From: Cenococcum geophilum
Taxonomy: Eukaryota
Direction: 5' to 3'
NCBI GenBank assembly: GCA_050273025.1
Contig: CP158635.1
Span: 2,418,001 to 2,482,000 of the forward strand
Length of the DNA stretch: 64,000 bases
The position numbers and the translations under genes are program-made. Below the pieces are notes generated by a model. It made no database searches. It was given only the letters and a program-made list of their open reading frames with translations, and had not been told where the DNA came from. This document shows positions 27,401 through 38,779 of the stretch, in pieces. Position 1 is the stretch's first letter. Each line of letters starts with the position of its first letter.

Positions 27401-30400
27401 TGGCCGGAGGATAGACCAAAACTACCCTTATTTATTAGGAAAATCTAAACTAATTATAAAACACTAGCCGTAAAGGCTAACCCTACCTACTAGTAGGATG
27501 TCTGGGCCTATAACCTAGCCTTTACCTAAGAAGACGCCCGCCGTAAAGCTGGAAAGAACTCTATACTAATAAAGATACTCTCTCGAAGCGCTATATTTAA
27601 AGAAGACTCTATATATAGAAGCAAGATAGATAGTAATATAGATGGTGTTTAAATTACGGAGATCTAACCGGTATAAAAAAGAATATATTAACAGAATATA
27701 AGGGATAACCTCCGAAAGATACGATAGGAGCTAAAAGGAGTAATAATAACACTAGTACCCTAGAAGCCCCTAAGGCTATATACGCTCCCATTATTATATA
27801 ACCCCCCTATAGTAGACATTACCATAATTAGCGCTATAGCGTTCCACTTTAATATATACTAAAAGGATAATAAGGTCTTTATAATAAGCCTATATAAGAT
27901 TAACCGAATTATTAATAATAGGGAGGAAAAGCTAGCTAAGGAAACTAACGAGGAACTAGTCGAATGCCTTTTTTTTACTATTTATACAGAGTATAAGGAT
28001 ACATTTTTAAAAGCAGCCTTAAATAAGTTACCCCCTTACCAGATATATAATTATAAGATTTAATTAAAAGCTAATAACTCGCTAGGCTATAGCCCCCTAT
28101 ACTAATAATTAACGGATAAGCTAAAAGTAATAAAGCAGTACTTAATTATTAACCTAGATAAAGGGTTTATTAAGCCAAGTTAAGCCCCTTTTACTTCCCC
28201 TATTCTGTTTATAAAAAAGCCTAATAGGGGCCTTTGTTTTTATATTAACTATTAAAAGCTAAACGCTATTACTTAAAAGGACTAGTACCCTATTCCTTTA
28301 ATTAACAAGACCCTTATACGTTTAAGCTAGGCAAAAATCTTTACTAAACTTAATATTCGCTAAGCTTTCTACTAAATTAGGATAGACCCTATATCTAAAG
28401 ATTTAATAATATTCCGTACCTATTATAGTTTCTATAAATATAAAGTTCTCCCTTTTAGACTAATAAACGGACCGGCTATATACTAAAGGTATATAAATAA
28501 CGTTCTTTTTAATTACCTTAATAAGTTCTATACAGTATACCTAGACAATATTCTTATATACTTAGACAATGAACTTAAGTATTAAGTTTATATTAAAAAT
28601 GTTTTAGAAAGACTATAAAACGCGGGCTTATAAGTTAATGTTAAGAAATATAAGTTTAGGGTAAAACGTATAAAATACCTTAGGTTTATCGTAACTATAG
28701 AAGGAATTAAGGTTAACCCTAAGAAGGTAGAGGCAATTTATAACTAAAAACCCCCTTATATAGTAAAAGGAATCTAATCCTTCCTTAGTTTTTATAACTT
28801 CTACTACCAGTTTATCCGCGACTATAGAGTTATAGTAAAACCTCTTATATAACTGATAAGGAAGGATACGCTTTTTATCTTTAATAATAGCTATATAAAA
28901 GCCTATAAAGAGATAAAAGATCGGCTTATTTCTTCCCTAATTCTTTATTACTATAACCTAGACCCTAAATTAATGCTAGAAATGGATGCCTCTAATAGGG
29001 TTATAGCGGGAATCCTATTACAGTTATATCTAGACGGCAAATAGTACCCTATTACTTTCTTTTTAAAAATAATAAACCTAGCTAAGTATAACTATAAAGT
29101 ACACAATAAAGAAATACTAGCTATTATTTAATTACTCTCCTAATAGCGTATAGAGCTTAAAGGTATAAACTCCTAGATTAAAATATATATAGATTATAAA
29201 GCCCTAGAGTACTTTATAACTATAAAGCAGCTTACTAAATAATAAGCCTAGTAAGCTAAAATACTCTCCTAATTCTTTTTTATAATTATATATCGTTCTA
29301 GTAAGTAAAACTCTAAGGCTAATATCCTAACCTAAAGAGAATAAGATATAGGACCTTAGGATAAGCTAAAGACCTAATATCGAACGTGTGCCCTTCTTTA
29401 TTTAGAACAGCTTAACCTACGGATCCTTAAGGAGCTAGACTTCTAGTAAAATAAGCTAGCACTAATAGAGGAGTCCTTAGATAAGCTAATAGGGCTAATT
29501 AACTACCTCCTAACTATAAACCGTACGGCTAATGCCTTAAGGGCTCTTCGCGAATAAGCCGTAAAAAAAGACCCTAATTTTAAAATAGAGGAAGGATTGG
29601 TCCTATACTAGAAGCGGCTTATAGTCCCTAACGTTAACAATCTATGGACTAAACTAATCTGCAAAGCTTATTGCTAAGTCTCTATAGTATACCCTAGTAA
29701 AAACAAAACCTATAAAATTATTAACTACCGCTACTACTAGCTAAGAATAGTTGTGGATATTAATTAATATATACGGAACTGCAAAGACTGCTAAAGAGCT
29801 ATAATCCTATAGGATAAAACCCTAGAACTACTTAAGCCACTCCTAATACTAGAGCGCCCTTAGTAGTATATTTTTATAGACTTTTATAAACTACCTAGGG
29901 ACCGTAACAAATATAATATAGTTATGGTTATAGTTAACCGCTTTAGTAAACGCCTATTCTTAATTCCCTATTACAAAAACAATAATACTAAAGAGGTAGC
30001 CTAGCTATATATCTATTATATCTACTAAATCTACGGACTACTAAATACTATTATATCTAATTATAGGCCATAGTTTATATCGGCCTTCTAGAATAAGTTT
30101 ACCTAAATCTTAGGCATTAAGCTAAAGCTTTCTACGGCTTATTACCTCTAAATAGATGGTTAGACGGAGATTATAAATTAGTACCTAGACTAGAGGCTTA
30201 GGCCCTTTATTAACTATTTCCAGAATAACTGGTCTAAATTATTACCCTTAATAAACTACGCGCAAGCAACCCTACCCTATAACTCTATAGGGTTTGCCCT
30301 AATTTAGCTAGAAATAGAATACTTACCCTATATAAGCTTTAACTAGAAAAGGCTAGAAGAACTCCAAACTATATAAGAGAAGCTATTCTATATTAAGGCC

Positions 30401-31555
30401 TAATAGTACGCTAAACGATTAAAGGAAGCCTAGATGGTAGCCTATAAGAACCTAGAAAAAGCTTAGAGGTTAATAGAACAGTAGGCAAACAAATACCGTT
30501 AAGAGCCTAACTTTGCCCCTAGCGATATAGTCTAAGTTATAATAAGAAATTAGAAGACTAAACGACCTAGCTATAAGCTAAACTACTAAATAGTAAGACT
30601 ATATAAGGTTCTTAAGAAAATAGGTAACTTATATAAGATAAAGCTCCCAGATTTAATTAGGGTTTACTCTATTTTCTTACTAGATAAGTTATAAAAAGCT
30701 ATAAATAACCTATTACCTAGACAAAAGAACAAGCCTCCCCTACTAGTTTAAGTAAATAGTGATAATAAATAGGAGGTTAACAAAATACTAGCCTATAAGA
30801 TAGTATAGGGAATGCTAAAATACCGTATTAAATAGAAGGGCTATAATCCTAACCTAACCTGGTACCCTATATAGAACTTTATAGGCTGCCCCTAAAAGCT
30901 TAAAGAGTTTTATAACTAATACCCTAATACGCCTAGACCCCTAAAGTACCTAAACAAATAGATGGAATGCTAATATAATAAAGATAATAAGTTACTGGAA
31001 GAATATAGGGACAAAAACGCCCCAAAGCCCTAATACAGCTATCTACTAAATTCTACCGTATTCTACCGTTTTCTACCAGTACTAAAAAAAATTCAGATAT
31101 CTAAGAACTTCGACCGCCGGTTAAAGTTGTCTAATTAGTTAGATTTGTGCTAAAACTTTTAGCGGCTACTCTTTCTAGCCTAGTGCTTCCACTTAGCCTA
31201 CAATTGCCTTTTATACTTAGTTTAGACGTACTTAAATCCCCTTTATCTCCTTATCTTATATTTTATAATCCTACGTTTATAAGCCTAGTACTACCCTATT
31301 TCTAACTAAGCCTAAGGGCAGGCTTTCGTTTAAAGAAGGGGGTAATATAATAGCGCTATTGCACATTACCTGCCAAATTCTGCCATATTCTACCGACTTA
31401 TAATTAGCCCGCCTAAAGCTAGCACCTTAGCGGCTCACCCTATATAATTGTTTACATTAGTCCTAGTAACCCCTTTTTCTTTTCTTTAGCTTAGTATTTT
31501 TATAAGATAGCATTCTATAAGCTTTGGTTTAGAAGCACTTATACAAGCCATTACA
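18464..31555 (+). mobile_element. Ty3/Gypsy chromovirus, family B (~210-bp LTRs at 18464-18672 and 31346-31555), CCTAC TSD, with element C nested in gag
   Basis: CCTAC at 18459-18463 and 31556-31560; PPT AAAGAAGGGGGTAA before the 3' LTR; gag split at 19545/26461; pol ~26990-31020 with YLDN (~28540), integrase and chromodomain (~30770-30950). Confidence 0.92.
19546..26460 (+). mobile_element. Ty3/Gypsy chromovirus, family C (187-bp LTRs at 19546-19732 and 26274-26460), CTTTA TSD
   Basis: TGTCAC...GTGACA and TGTTAC...GTAACA LTRs; CTTTA at 19541-19545 and 26461-26465; PPT AGGGGAGAGGAG; RT AYLNNILIFS (~23390), RNase H, integrase, chromodomain ~25730-25920. Confidence 0.93.
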
Positions 31556-31560
31556 CCTAC

Positions 31561-32640
31561 TTATTTATATTAATAGCCTTATTTATATAAAAGCAGACCC
31601 TTATATTACCCACTCCCGTATACACTAAATAGTAGGATTTTATAGTGTATGTTATCTTTCCTTAATCCCTCCGCTATAGCTCCTAAATAGCTAATATATC
31701 TAGCTAGGGGTCCGCCTACTCTACCTCTTATAAAAAGTAAAGCAGTACGCCGTTCCTACTATTATTAGTATTATACTATATAATTATAAATGTTTTCCAA
31801 TATCCTAATATAAGAGATCTATACTAGCCTCTAAGTTAGCTAAGTCTGTGCCCTTTAGTATCTATTTACTTCCTTATAACGCAGTTTTAGAGCCTCTAAA
31901 TGCCTCTCTCCAGATTTAGGCTTTTACTTCCACCTCTATATTAAACTTTATATTTAGTAGGGGCTCCTAGGTTACTAAGATTTAAATTAGGGCGTATATA
32001 CTACTATATAGTGCTATTTAAAGTATTAATTAAAGGGTCCTCTAACTTATTTCCTTTCTAAAATAATTAAAAGTCTATAGTGGCCAACCTTTTAGGGGGC
32101 TTCCTCTACCTATATAGAGCTCTCCCGTATAACTATCTCCGTTAGCTTCCTTTTCTTAGCTTATTACAAGGCCTCCTTAATAGTAATCTCGTACTATAAT
32201 TGTAATTGCTATCCGCTTATAGGTGCCTTATAGGTACCTACGTAGTATATTAACGTATAGGCCCTAATTGCTATAGCCTTTTCCTACTATGTCCGCTTAA
32301 CACTATACGCCCCATTCTATACCTTATAGTCTGCTTTATAGTTAATACACTTTTTAGGTAAATCTCCTATACATTCACTAGTGTTATATTACCTAGCGCA
32401 GAGTCCGCATCTAGCCTCTCTCCTATAGCTCTTAGCTATATAGTTAAAGCCTTAGCATTTAAAGCACTGCGTTACTAGAAACGTTGTCTCGTGCCTTATA
32501 ACTAGGTAGTAGTCTCCTCCTAGGAATAGACCCTAATTAAATAACGTATTTACTAACTCTTCTAACTGTATACCTATAATAAGTAATTAATTTCCTTATA
32601 GTCTTTAAATAAAAGCACCTTTAATTAGTGTAATTCTATA
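31561..32640 (-). mobile_element. Tad1-like LINE relic: ORF1 CCHC zinc knuckles and ORF2 AP-endonuclease N-terminus, split by element B (continues at ~18385-18463)
   Basis: QCFKC*GFNYIAKSY..RCGLCAR*YNTSEC (~32370-32480); II*YNTNNSR, LDILAI*EL*RR and RVCFYINK (~31570-31800). The frame continues across the CCTAC TSD as *APMHYLVDIYIIKL..IWIY. Confidence 0.8.
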
Positions 32641-32807
32641 GGATAAATGGTTTATTAAGTATATATAACCTTAGAAAATGGTTAAATAATTAAATAATTA
32701 ATAATTAAACAATTTATTATTATTTTCTTATATAAAACTAAATTATTTAGTAATAAAGCTTAACCATTATTCTTTAATGGTTATATAAGCCACTATATAA
32801 TTAAGTT

Positions 32808-32892
32808 GCCCGCGAAGCCCTACTGCACGCGTCCACGTCGCCGCGGGTGGAAACATCATCAGGAAATCGTTCCTTTTGATGGCTAAGTGCAG
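32808..32892 (+). ncRNA. HDV-like (nested double pseudoknot) self-cleaving ribozyme
   Basis: P1 GCCCGCG (32808-14)/CGCGGGU (32842-48, G1.U wobble); P2 CUGCAC (32823-28)/GUGCAG (32887-92); P3 GCG/CGC; L3 UCCACGU; P1.1 CC/GG (GG at 32849-50); P4 CAUCA..AGGAA-AUCG-UUCCU..UGAUG; J4/2 GCUAA with the catalytic-position C at 32883. Confidence 0.9.
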
Positions 32893-34247
32893 AGGCGATG
32901 GTAGAGAGCCGTCGCAGCGCATGCGACGCGCTGTGGTGTTGAGCTCGCGACGCGTACGAAGCATCGTACAAAGCATCGCCCTCGACAACACCAGGAGCCT
33001 CACTGCCTCCGCTTGAGGCTCCCGTTCTACCACCTAGGGAGGCCTATCAAGGGAAACTGGGATACGAAAACCACCCGACGTACGACTACCTAGCTCGTAG
33101 CTAGGGCCGAAACTGGTCTTATCAAGCCAGCGGATGCGGACGCGTCCTAGGCGTACGACAGGACACCCTTGGGCTTGCACTAGCTCTGAGACCGAGAGGA
33201 TACGGCGAGGGCGTAGGGAACCTCTTTTTATAAGAACTTGTTAAGGTTAACGCGTCGCAGATACTTCGTACGAAACTTGTTAAGGCCCCAAGGCCACCGC
33301 GAAGAACTTGTTAAGGCCCTGCCTAGAGAACTCGTTAAGGCCCCTCTACGAGGGCCTATCTGGTACATTCAGGAGACTCAGAAGAGGGTCTTAATAGGCG
33401 TGGTGCGCGCGACCTGGATGACGACTGCGACGCGACTGCGACGCGACGGCGACGCGACGGCAACCAGACGGCTCAACGAGGTGGAAACACGGGCAAAGCT
33501 CTAGGCAGCGGAAACACAGGCCAGCTTCGACGGCCCCATGGCGTCAAAGGCGACTCACAGGAGGGTCTTAATAGGCGTGGTGCACGCAACCTGATGCATA
33601 TACATATGGGGGAGGCTTTGGAGGAAACACAGGCCAGTCGGACGAGGACTCAACAGTTAGAGACACAGGCCAGCTTATAAAAAGGGGGGACACAAGCTTG
33701 GTTAGTAGAATAGGGTAGAGTAGATCGCCTGGCACGGGATCTAGTCTATAGCCCGTTCTGCAAGACACGGTCGGCCTGTCATGAGGAGACTCCTACAGGC
33801 AACGCGAAACGGGAACTGGCAGTATATAGGGTGTTGCGCCCCTATATTACTACTAGCCTCCCGCGGGGCGTAGTGCGTAGTAGCCACTGCTGGCTCTAGG
33901 GACCTCACCCCTTGACTGGGCTCTGACCCCTAGTGCACCTGGTAGGCAGGCAGGATCACGTCCTGGCCGGAGAGACTACTACGTGGCTCGAGAGAACGGA
34001 TGCGCGTGTCGGTACACCAACAGACGGAACCGTTCGCTAGGACGGCACGCCGGTGAGATGTGCTTAAGGAGCAAACAGGAGTTACCCAGGCGGGAGAGGT
34101 TTTTGGCCGGGCCTCAACCGTAGAAGGTGTGTGAGGTGTCCAATAGATGTGACGAAGCCACTGGAAAACTGGGGTAGAGGCCTGGATAAGCAGGCATGTC
34201 GAACTCTACTGTATTACTAGCACTACTAGCTAATATATAACTACCTG
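32808..34247 (+). repeat. Full-length GC-rich non-coding unit (~1.44 kb), copy 1
   Basis: Homologous to 34248-35611 and 60376-61064; no credible ORF; internal sub-repeats and hairpins; ends ...TAGCTAATATATAACTACCTG. Confidence 0.85.
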
Positions 34248-35611
34248 GCTTGCGACGCGTACCACCGTACAAGGCATCGCCCTCAACAACACCAGGAGCC
34301 TCACTGCCTCCGCATGAGGCTCTTGCCCTACCACCTAGGGAGGCCTATCAAGGGATACTGGGATACGAAAACCACCCGATGTACGACTACCTGGCTCGTA
34401 GCCAGGCCCGAAACTGGCCTTATCATCTAGTCAGTCGACGTGGACGCGTCCTAGTCGTACAACAGGACACCCTTGGGCTTGCACTAGCTCTGAGATCGCA
34501 AAGGGACGCGGCGAGGGCGTAGGGAACCTCTTTTTATAAGAACTTGTTAAGGTTAACGCGTCGCAGATACCTCGTACGAAACTTGTTAAGGCCCCAAGGC
34601 CACCGCGAAGAACTTGTTAAGGCCCTGCCTAGAGAACTCGTTAAGGCCCCTCTACGAGGGCCTATCTGGTATCCGGTACACTCAGGTGACTCAGAAGAGG
34701 GTCTTAATAGGCGTGGTGCGCGCGACCTGGAAGACAGCGACGCGGCGACGCGACAGCAACGCGACGGCGACGCGACGGCGACCAGACGGCTTAACGAGGT
34801 GGAAACACGGGCAAAGCTCTAGGCAGCGGAAACACAGGCCAGCTTCGACGGCCCCATGGCGTTCGACCAGGTGACTCACAGGAGGGTCTTAATAGGCGTG
34901 GTGCACGCAACCTGACGCATATGTATAAGGCGACTCACAGGAGGGTCTCAATAGGCGTGGTGCACGCAACCTAATACACACATATGGGGGAGGCTGTAGG
35001 GGAAACACAGGCCAGTCGGACGAGGTCTCGACAGTTAGAGACACAGGCCAGCTTATAGGAAGGGGGGACACAAGCTTGGTTAGTAGGAGAGGGGGAGTAG
35101 GTCGCCTGGCACGGGACCTAGTCTATGGCCCCCTCCTGCAAGACACGGTCGGCCTGTCATGAGGAGACTCTTACAGGCAACGCGAAACGGGAACTGGCAG
35201 TAGTATAGGGTGTTGCGCCCCTACACTACTACTAGCCTCCTGCGGGGCGTAGTACGTAGCAGCCACTGCTGGCTCTAAGGACCTCACCCCTTAGCTGGGC
35301 TCTGACCCTTAGTGCACCTGGTAGGCAGGCAGGATTACACCTGGCCGGAGAGACTGCTACGTAGCTCGAGAGAACGGATGCGCGTGTCGGTATATCAACA
35401 GACGGAACCGTTCGCCTCTAGGGCGGCACGCCGGTGAGATATGCTTAAGGAGCAAACAGGAGTTACTCAGGCGGGAGAGGTTTTGGCCCGGCCTTAACCG
35501 TAGAGGTGGTGACGCCCAAAGGTGGGAATAAGCCACTGAAAACTGGGGTAGAGGCCTGGATAAGCAGGCATGTCGAACTCTACTATATTATAGCTAATAT
35601 ATAACTACCTG
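34248..35611 (+). repeat. 5'-truncated copy 2 of the non-coding unit (lacks the ribozyme)
   Basis: Starts GCTTGCGACGCGTAC (equivalent to ~32943 in copy 1) and ends at the same ...ATATAACTACCTG terminus. Confidence 0.85.
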
Positions 35612-37913
35612 TCCAAATGAGGCCCTAAAAACCTGTGGGCCACTTATAGCACCTTGGCTTGCAGATGTAGCCAGAGCATGCTTTGCTATAGGCTACTACC
35701 CGCGACTCGGAAGATCTATGACGACGGTTGTCCTACGAAAAGAAGGCAAAGTAGATTACTCAATCCCAGGAAGCTACCGCCCTATTGCCTTAGAAAACAC
35801 CCTTAGCAAGATCTTAGAAAGGGTAATAGCGGAACACATGGCAGACACGGCAGAGGAACACGCCCTACTACCACAAAGCCAAATAGGGGCAAGAAAGAAC
35901 CGCTTAACACTATCAGCACTTACGCTACTCGCTGCCACCATTAAATCTGCATGGGCGATGCGAAAGGACTTTATAGTATTAATGCTTAGCCTAAACATCA
36001 GTGGTGCCTACGACAATATACCCTACGAGCGTCTCCTGCATATCCTTAGGGCAAAGGGCTTCCTAAAATAGATTATATAATTTATCCAAGGGTTTACAGG
36101 CCAGAAAGAAATATTACTGGTCTTCAGCGGATACCAGAGCCCCCCTATCGCAGTTATAATAGGAATACCATAAAAATCACCCCTCTCACCTATACTCTTC
36201 CTTTTCTTTATAAGCAACCTACTTAACTCCTTTAAGAAAGGGGCGACCCAGGGGATAGGCTTTATTAACGACACAAACCTAATTATATATGGGCCAACAG
36301 CCGTAAAGAATTGCAGAACACTAGAGAAAGCCTATAACACTTATATAGAATAGGCAAAACGTTATAAAGTCTAATTCTTATTAAAGAAATACCAACTAAT
36401 CTATTTCACAAGAAAACGCAACTAATCTGTAGATCTCTAATATATAATTCGCATCTAAGGCTTTAGGGGTTAACCAGTTCAGGGCCTAAGGGTATTAGAA
36501 GTATAGGTAGATAGCAAGCTCCGGTAGAGCGCATATGCGGCATAAGTAGCCCGTAAAGGCCAAGCACAGTTTATTGCTTTATCTAGGATTATCAACTCCA
36601 CATAGGGTCCATACTTCTAGAGGTCACGCCTACTATATACAGCAGTTATCCGGCCAACCATAATATATAGATCCAGTATTTGGGCCATTAAAGAAACTAA
36701 AAAGGGCCCCCCTAAATTACTCCTTAAACTACTTTAAAAGGTCCAGACAGCCTACCTTTAGAGTATTACAGGCGGGTATAAGCAAACGGCCACAGCACTA
36801 CTTAAGAAGGAATCTAATATTCCCCCCTTATAGTTATATATTAAAGCTGCTGTAATATAAAGGACGCAAAATAAACATAACTCTAATGTTATAAAGTATA
36901 TTAAGACACGCCTAAGTAAACTATAGAGGGACCCTAGGGTGCCCCGTAGGAGAACAAACCAACAACTCTAAAGTAGGAAAGAGATATTAGAGAAATAGGT
37001 AAAGAAAGTAAAAGAAGAATAGTGCCGCTTTAGGGCCCAGGCCTATATAGAGGAGAAAGGGAAACGCGTAAGAGGTTAGCAAAGATAACAGTAAGATAAA
37101 GAAAGGAGCTAAAGTAGAACATGTAAGAATGCCAGGAAACTATCTACCGTAATACAATACTGGTTGGACCAACGCTGGAGAGGTAAATAGGAGTCGAAGG
37201 TATAAAGGCTAACTTAGATAAGACAAACCTAAGCCATAGCATAGTTAACGCTATAGGGGGTAAATACCTAAGAGCTCCGAGAAGGCCTAATAAAGGCAGA
37301 AAACATAATAGTAACACTCTTAAGAACAGGAATAATAGGACTAAAAGATTGGCTTTACTAGGTAGGTATCCTAGTAGGTAGCCCGAGATGTAAATATAGC
37401 TAGCTAAAACAGACACCAAAACACGTAATACTGCTATACCCCCTACGCACTAATTAAGAAATAATACTCTTAGTAGCTAATATAGAGAACTATAATACAC
37501 TGCTCTTAATATAAAAAGGCCTTAAGGCGGTTACCTAGTGGCTTATTAGTTAAAATGTGCTAAATCAGTTCTGGGTTGCAAGAGAAATAGTAATAAAAGG
37601 TAAGGGGGCGAGCAGCAGGTGCCCCCTAGTAACTCTATAGTAGTAGAGTAATAGTTTATAATACTAGCGCGTTTATAGGCTTGTTACGGCAGCAGTGGTT
37701 CCTAAAAAGGTTAAACAGTAAGGTAGTAGAGCACCATAGGCGACTTATAGGCGCTAAGTAGGCGAGTCCTAAAAGGCGGGGAGATAGATCACGGGGTTTT
37801 CTCATTTTTCTTAAATAGAGTTTTCTCCCCATATGTAAATAAGGAGTAGTCCGCGTGGGCCTAATAGGGATCTAAATCGGACGTTAAGCAATGAATTATT
37901 ATTATTATTATTA
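35612..37913 (+). mobile_element. 5'-truncated Tad1-like LINE: RT, C-terminal zinc-knuckle region, 3' UTR, (ATT)n tail
   Basis: Begins mid-RT (PNEALKTCG...YRPIALENTLSKILE...LNISGAYDN; ORF 35718-36071), then GIP*KSPLSPILF, GFINDT and a C-terminal C..QTPKHV motif (~37390-37430). Confidence 0.92.
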
Positions 37914-38779
37914 ATATAATTAAGTTTTTATTAAAAAATAAATGATATAATATATAACTTGTTTTTCTACTACTTTATTTAATATAGTAACCCTTAAATC
38001 TATTATACTTTTCTTCTATAAAATTAAAGTATTAGGACTATATTTTAAAGTATTTTTTTAATAATATAGGCTTAATTTAGAAACATTATATTTTTAAATA
38101 ATAATATAAGGCCTAGAAAGAAAGTCTGAAAGCACAAATAATTAAACTTAAATAATATACCTTTAATATTTATTTGTAAAATCTATAAAAGGGCTTTATA
38201 TTTATATAGTTTAAAAATAAGGCTTTAATAAAGGCTATAGGTTTTAAATAAGCAAATAGCAATTAGTTTAATATTATAGATACCTTAAAAAAGCCATATA
38301 ATATATATTATATTATTTAAAGTCTCTGCACTAAGTATATACTTAATTAAAAGATTTATCTACTTTTATAAAAAGTAAGTTAATAACTTTAGCAACTTAC
38401 TATAAAGGCTATATATAAGGTCACTAAAATATACTACCTATAATCACAGCTTAAGGACCTTAAAGGCTTAAAAATTTATAAGTAGGTAGCAATAGATTTA
38501 GATATATAATTTATAAATTTAAATTTAAGTAAGTAAGTAAAAGAGGAGGTAGTAGGGAATAAAGGCTAAAATAAGGGTAAAAGAGCTAAAATCAAAGCCT
38601 TAAAAGGTGATAGATGGAAAGGCGAAGGTCGATATACTAAATAGCACGTAAGGGCAAATAATCAATTAAATTTAGTTAGGTGTAGTTGGCTTCTAAAGTA
38701 GTAGTGATTAATTTGGTAAGGTAACTAAGTTTAGGGGTTAACCGAGTTCTAGGGGTCCAAGCTTAGCTTATATTTACTA

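Larger units (their letters stand above)
32808..37913 (+). mobile_element. Tripartite chimeric retro-insertion: ribozyme-headed non-coding unit + 5'-truncated second unit + 3' half of a LINE; 13-bp TSD
   Basis: ATATAATTAAGTT at 32795-32807 and 37914-37926 brackets the whole block; (ATT)n tail at 37895-37912. Confidence 0.85.

Noticed and set aside
32856..32862. CUGAUGA hammerhead core on the minus strand
   Set aside because: No stem II/GAAA partner follows; the bases are explained by P4 of the plus-strand HDV fold.
32808..34247. Telomerase RNA as identity of the non-coding unit
   Set aside because: No TAACCCTAA-like template seen on either strand, and the unit is multi-copy.
34238..34250. 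ACTACCTGG at the unit 3' end resembles the 18S rRNA start (TACCTGGTTG) or the U1 snRNA 5' end
   Set aside because: Match is only ~7 nt; no further rRNA or U1 sequence follows in either copy.
32767..35071. Short ORFs (60-92 aa) in the GC-rich units, also 60368-60550 and 60933-61127
   Set aside because: Overlapping on both strands, low complexity, frames broken by indels between copies; by-products of GC content.
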